Shown here: piece after piece, positions 61,039 through 64,000 of the stretch
How positions within the stretch are numbered: position 1 is the first letter of the stretch
How the letters are laid out: each line of letters starts with the position of its first letter
Assembly (NCBI GenBank): GCA_049802575.1
Contig: JBARMS010000161.1
Location: 794-64,793, forward strand
Reading direction: 5' to 3'
Source: Acidobacteriaceae bacterium
GTDB lineage: Bacteria > Acidobacteriota > Terriglobia > Terriglobales > Acidobacteriaceae
DNA length: 64,000 nt
Translations under genes and position numbers: made by a program
The notes under the pieces: generated by a model
Databases searched by the model: none
The model's input: the letters and a program-made list of their open reading frames with translations, nothing else
Told to the model about the DNA's origin: nothing

Positions 61039-63480
61039 ATGAAGCGAACCATTTCGCACTACGAGCTGGTCCGCAAGCTGGGGGCGGGCGGCAGCGGCAT
61101 CGTGTATCTCTCCAACGACACGCAGCTGATGCGCCCCGTCGTGCTCAAGGTGTTGAAGCGCGGCGCGCTCACGCTGGAGCAGATGCGCACGACCGTGCTG
61201 CGCGAGGCGCGCATGGCCTCCGCCATCGAGCACCCCAACGTGTGCGCCATCTATGAGGCCGGCGAAGAGGGCGAAGAAGCCTTCATCGTCATGCAGTACG
61301 TGCCGGGTCAGTCGCTGGACAAGCTCATTGCCCGGGGTCCGTCGAGCCTCCAGCTCGTGCTCTCCGTCGGCATCCAGATCGCCGATGGGCTGAGCGCGGC
61401 CCACTCGCTCGGCATCTTTCATCGCGACCTCAAGCCCGCCAACGTGATGCTCACCGACGGCGGCCTGGCCAAGATTCTCGACTTCGGTCTCGCTCGCCGT
61501 CTTCCTCCCGAGGAAGCCGAGTTCGACCCCTCCAAAACCTCGACCCGCAAGCCCGGAGCGCCGATCGCCACCTACACGGCGCGCGGCGGCACCATCGCCT
61601 ACATGGCCCCGGAGCAGTTCGTCACCGGGCAGAGCAGCGTGCAAAGCGACCTGTGGGCGCTCGGCATCATCCTCTACGAGCTGGCCAGCGGCCGGCATCC
61701 GTTCGCCCGCCCTGACAGCGACGAATTCCAGAGCATCCGCGCCATCCAGTTCCTCGATCCTCCGCAGCTTGACGCCATCCCCGACGAGCTCAACTCCGTC
61801 ATCCTGTGCTGCCTCAAAAAAAATCCTCTCGACCGTTATGGCAGCGCGGCAGAAGTGCGCGAGGCGCTCAAAACCATCATGAAGGCGCTGCGGTTCGAGA
61901 CCGGCATCATTCCCGGCGAGGCCGCCGCGATTCTGCCGCCATCGACCCCCGCTGAGCAGGAGAAGCGCACCACCGGCCTGCTCTCGATGCTCGCCGAGCG
62001 CTTCCGCGAATCCTCCAACGGCGATGCGCGCGAGAACACGATCCTCATTTTGCCTTTTCAGAACCTGGGAGCAGCCGAGGTCGCGCCGCTCTACGGTTTC
62101 GCGCTGGCCGACGCCATAGCGGCCCGCATCGCGCGCGTCTCGTCGCTGGTCGTGCGTCCGGCGAGCGCGCTCATGCACGTTCCCATCGCGCAGATGGATC
62201 CGCTCGAAATCGGACAGAAACTCCTCGTCAACTGGGTTCTGACGGGCAACTTCCTGCGCTCGAAAGACGGCTTCGACCTCAACTGGCAACTGCTCGAGGT
62301 CCAGCGGCAAAGCGTGCACGGCGGCGGGGCGATCAGCGTGCCCTCGTTCGATCTGATCGCGGTGCAAACCGAAATCTGCAACGAAGTCTTCGCGTCGCTG
62401 CAGGGCATTGGTCAGTTGCAGCCGACGGCCGACCGTCCGGCTGCGGGCGCGGCGCCGCTCGGCGAACAGCTTTCCGAGGAGTACCTGCAGGCGCGCGCAT
62501 TCCTCTCCGGCTTCATGCAGCGCACCGGCAACCGGGCCGACCTCGACCGCGCCCGCGATCTCTTCGAGGCGGTCGTCGAAAGCAATCCCTTCTATGCCCC
62601 CGCGTGGAGCGGCCTGGGCATCGCGCAACTGCAGTACATCCGCTACGGCTTCGGAGGCCATTTGCACGTGATGGCCGCGCGCAAGGCGCTCGACCGCGCG
62701 CTTGAGCTCGACTCCGGCTCCGTTGAGGCCAATCTTTACCGCGTGTACATGCTGCTCTCCCGTGGAGAAAAAGAGAGCGCCCGCCACGGCATCGAGCACC
62801 TGCTGCACACCGCGGAGAATGACTGGAATGTCCACCTCGTCGCGGGCATCACCCTCCGCGTCGACGGCATGTACGAGGAAGCGCTCGAGCAGTTCAACCG
62901 CTCTCTCAGCCTCAACCCCTCCAACGCCGCCGTGATCTACAACCATCGCGCCCGCGTCTACCAGTATCAGAACCAGCTGGAGCTGGCCGAGGAAGAGCTG
63001 CAGAAAGGCCTCACGCTGGAGCCGAAATATCCGCTGCTGCGCACCTCGCTCGCTTACCAGCGCATGCGCCAGGGCGACCTGAATCAGGCCATCGAGGTTC
63101 TGGAGGGGGTGATCCGCGACGACAGCTCGATGCGCATTGCCGTGCCCACGCTGGCCATGTGCTACGTCCAGACCGGCGATCGCGAACGCGGCGCCTCGCT
63201 GATTGCGGAAGAATCCATCGCCGCTGCCGAAGCCGACGCAGAAATGGCGTACCGCCTGGCCACCTACTTTGCCGTCGACGGCGACGAAAGCGAGGCGCTG
63301 CACTGGCTGCGCCGCGCCATCTATCTCGGCAACGAGAATTACCCCTGGTTTACGAAGAACCCCGCGTGGAACCGGCTCCGCGGCCACACCGACTTCGAGC
63401 GCATTCTCGAAGACCTGAAGAAAAGTTTTCGCCGCAACCAGCGCACGTGGAAGCGGCTGCTTGCTGAACCGCACGCGTGA
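61039..63480 (+). CDS. Ser/Thr protein kinase with central TolB-N-like region and C-terminal TPR repeats
   Basis: Hanks motifs GAGGSGIVY, VLK, HRDLKPANVML, DFGLAR and APEQ. The C-terminal half has TPR-like repeats. Confidence 0.9.
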   Translation: MKRTISHYELVRKLGAGGSGIVYLSNDTQLMRPVVLKVLKRGALTLEQMRTTVLREARMASAIEHPNVCAIYEAGEEGEEAFIVMQYVPGQSLDKLIARGPSSLQLVLSVGIQIADGLSAAHSLGIFHRDLKPANVMLTDGGLAKILDFGLARRLPPEEAEFDPSKTSTRKPGAPIATYTARGGTIAYMAPEQFVTGQSSVQSDLWALGIILYELASGRHPFARPDSDEFQSIRAIQFLDPPQLDAIPDELNSVILCCLKKNPLDRYGSAAEVREALKTIMKALRFETGIIPGEAAAILPPSTPAEQEKRTTGLLSMLAERFRESSNGDARENTILILPFQNLGAAEVAPLYGFALADAIAARIARVSSLVVRPASALMHVPIAQMDPLEIGQKLLVNWVLTGNFLRSKDGFDLNWQLLEVQRQSVHGGGAISVPSFDLIAVQTEICNEVFASLQGIGQLQPTADRPAAGAAPLGEQLSEEYLQARAFLSGFMQRTGNRADLDRARDLFEAVVESNPFYAPAWSGLGIAQLQYIRYGFGGHLHVMAARKALDRALELDSGSVEANLYRVYMLLSRGEKESARHGIEHLLHTAENDWNVHLVAGITLRVDGMYEEALEQFNRSLSLNPSNAAVIYNHRARVYQYQNQLELAEEELQKGLTLEPKYPLLRTSLAYQRMRQGDLNQAIEVLEGVIRDDSSMRIAVPTLAMCYVQTGDRERGASLIAEESIAAAEADAEMAYRLATYFAVDGDESEALHWLRRAIYLGNENYPWFTKNPAWNRLRGHTDFERILEDLKKSFRRNQRTWKRLLAEPHA

Positions 63481-63929
63481 TGCCCTGGCACCTGGAGCGC
63501 TCGCTGTTCATCCCGCGTCCGCGCGCGGAGGTCTTCGCCTTTTTCTCTGACCCCGGCAACCTCGAGCGCATCACGCCAGCGTGCCTGCGCTTCCACGTCC
63601 TCACGCCGGCGCCCATCCCGATGCATCCCGGTGCGCTCATCGACTACGAACTCCGCCTGTATGGCATCGGATTGCGCTGGCGAACCCGCATCGAGGCCTT
63701 CGACCCCCCGTTGTCCTTCGTCGATATGCAGCTCAAGGGGCCTTACAAGCTCTGGCATCATCGTCATGACTTCGAAGAGGTTCCAGAGGGGACGCAGATG
63801 CGGGACCGCGTCGACTATGATTTGCCCTTCGCACCCCTGGGCGCGCTCGCCCGCGCGCTCTTCGTTCGCCGCTCCGTCGAGCAGATCTTCGACTATCGCA
63901 ATCAGACCATCCTGAAGATTTTCGCCTAA
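63480..63929 (+). CDS. SRPBCC-superfamily (cyclase/dehydrase-like ligand-binding) protein
   Basis: About 149 aa with the pattern FFSDPGNLERITP...LKGPYKLWHHRHDFE. ATG 63480 overlaps the kinase TGA (GTGATG). The ORF track uses GTG 63477. Confidence 0.7.
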   Translation: MPWHLERSLFIPRPRAEVFAFFSDPGNLERITPACLRFHVLTPAPIPMHPGALIDYELRLYGIGLRWRTRIEAFDPPLSFVDMQLKGPYKLWHHRHDFEEVPEGTQMRDRVDYDLPFAPLGALARALFVRRSVEQIFDYRNQTILKIFA

Positions 63930-64000
63930 CCGCCTCGGCGTTAGTCTGATTCGCGTTATCGCGACGTCGGCCGCCGCTCGGCAACCCACATCGTCCAGCA

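Noticed and set aside
58341-63474. Long minus-strand ORFs (58341-60086 and 60901-63474) opposite bshC and the Ser/Thr kinase
   Set aside because: The plus-strand genes carry unambiguous BshC and Hanks-kinase motifs. The minus-strand products are featureless and Arg/Ala-rich.
63486-63500. TGGCACC-TGGA-GCGC sigma-54-like match
   Set aside because: It lies inside the first codons of the SRPBCC coding sequence and has a poor -12 element. It is most likely a chance match.
1-64000. Search for CRISPR arrays, tRNA/rRNA genes, IS elements, integrases, phage or defence-system genes
   Set aside because: I found no regularly spaced 25-40-nt direct repeats and no tRNA-like T-arm or acceptor patterns outside coding regions. 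No ORF has transposase, integrase, RT, nuclease-helicase or other typical defence signatures. Absence was judged by eye only; tRNAscan, Infernal and defence-finder runs would be decisive.

Overview
This is a GC-rich bacterial chromosomal segment, roughly two-thirds G+C by eye (not computed). I call 41 protein-coding genes and found no rRNA, tRNA, CRISPR array, transposase or integrase. By inference, the gene content looks Acidobacteriota/Terriglobia-like: four very large CarboxypepD_reg-type TonB-dependent receptors, an ADOP/MacB-type permease fragment and a sedolisin fused to Ig-like repeats.

Main blocks, in window order:
- A GH13-like giant glycosidase (447-4175).
- A tightly packed minus-strand operon (4328-13064): TonB receptor, acid-sugar MFS transporter, and lower Weimberg-type pentonate enzymes (IlvD/Edd dehydratase, FAH-family dehydratase, aldehyde dehydrogenase). 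A secreted GH3 gene lies divergent to it.
- A 1424-aa sedolisin-Ig protein.
- A miscellaneous metabolic block: YdiJ-like FAD/FeS oxidase, enolase-superfamily enzyme, SDR, Tat-exported six-hairpin glycosidase, GT2/GT21 transferase, FAD oxidoreductase and M24 peptidase.
- A ccmF-ccmH operon with two unusual extra genes.
- Three tandem giant TonB receptor paralogs. Two of them are preceded by a conserved 63-nt block containing a near-consensus sigma-54 -24/-12 promoter.
- Housekeeping genes: htpX, murC, polX, csp, nudix, bshC, a Ser/Thr kinase-TPR protein and an SRPBCC protein.

The most unusual non-coding signal is a family of C-rich tandem heptamer tracts (CCCTNNN, consensus about CCCTATA). Three of these end 4-8 nt before start codons of genes that lack a Shine-Dalgarno sequence.

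All family assignments come from motif recognition by eye and have not been checked by database searches. Where the best-supported start codon differs from the ORF track, the reason is given in the feature evidence.
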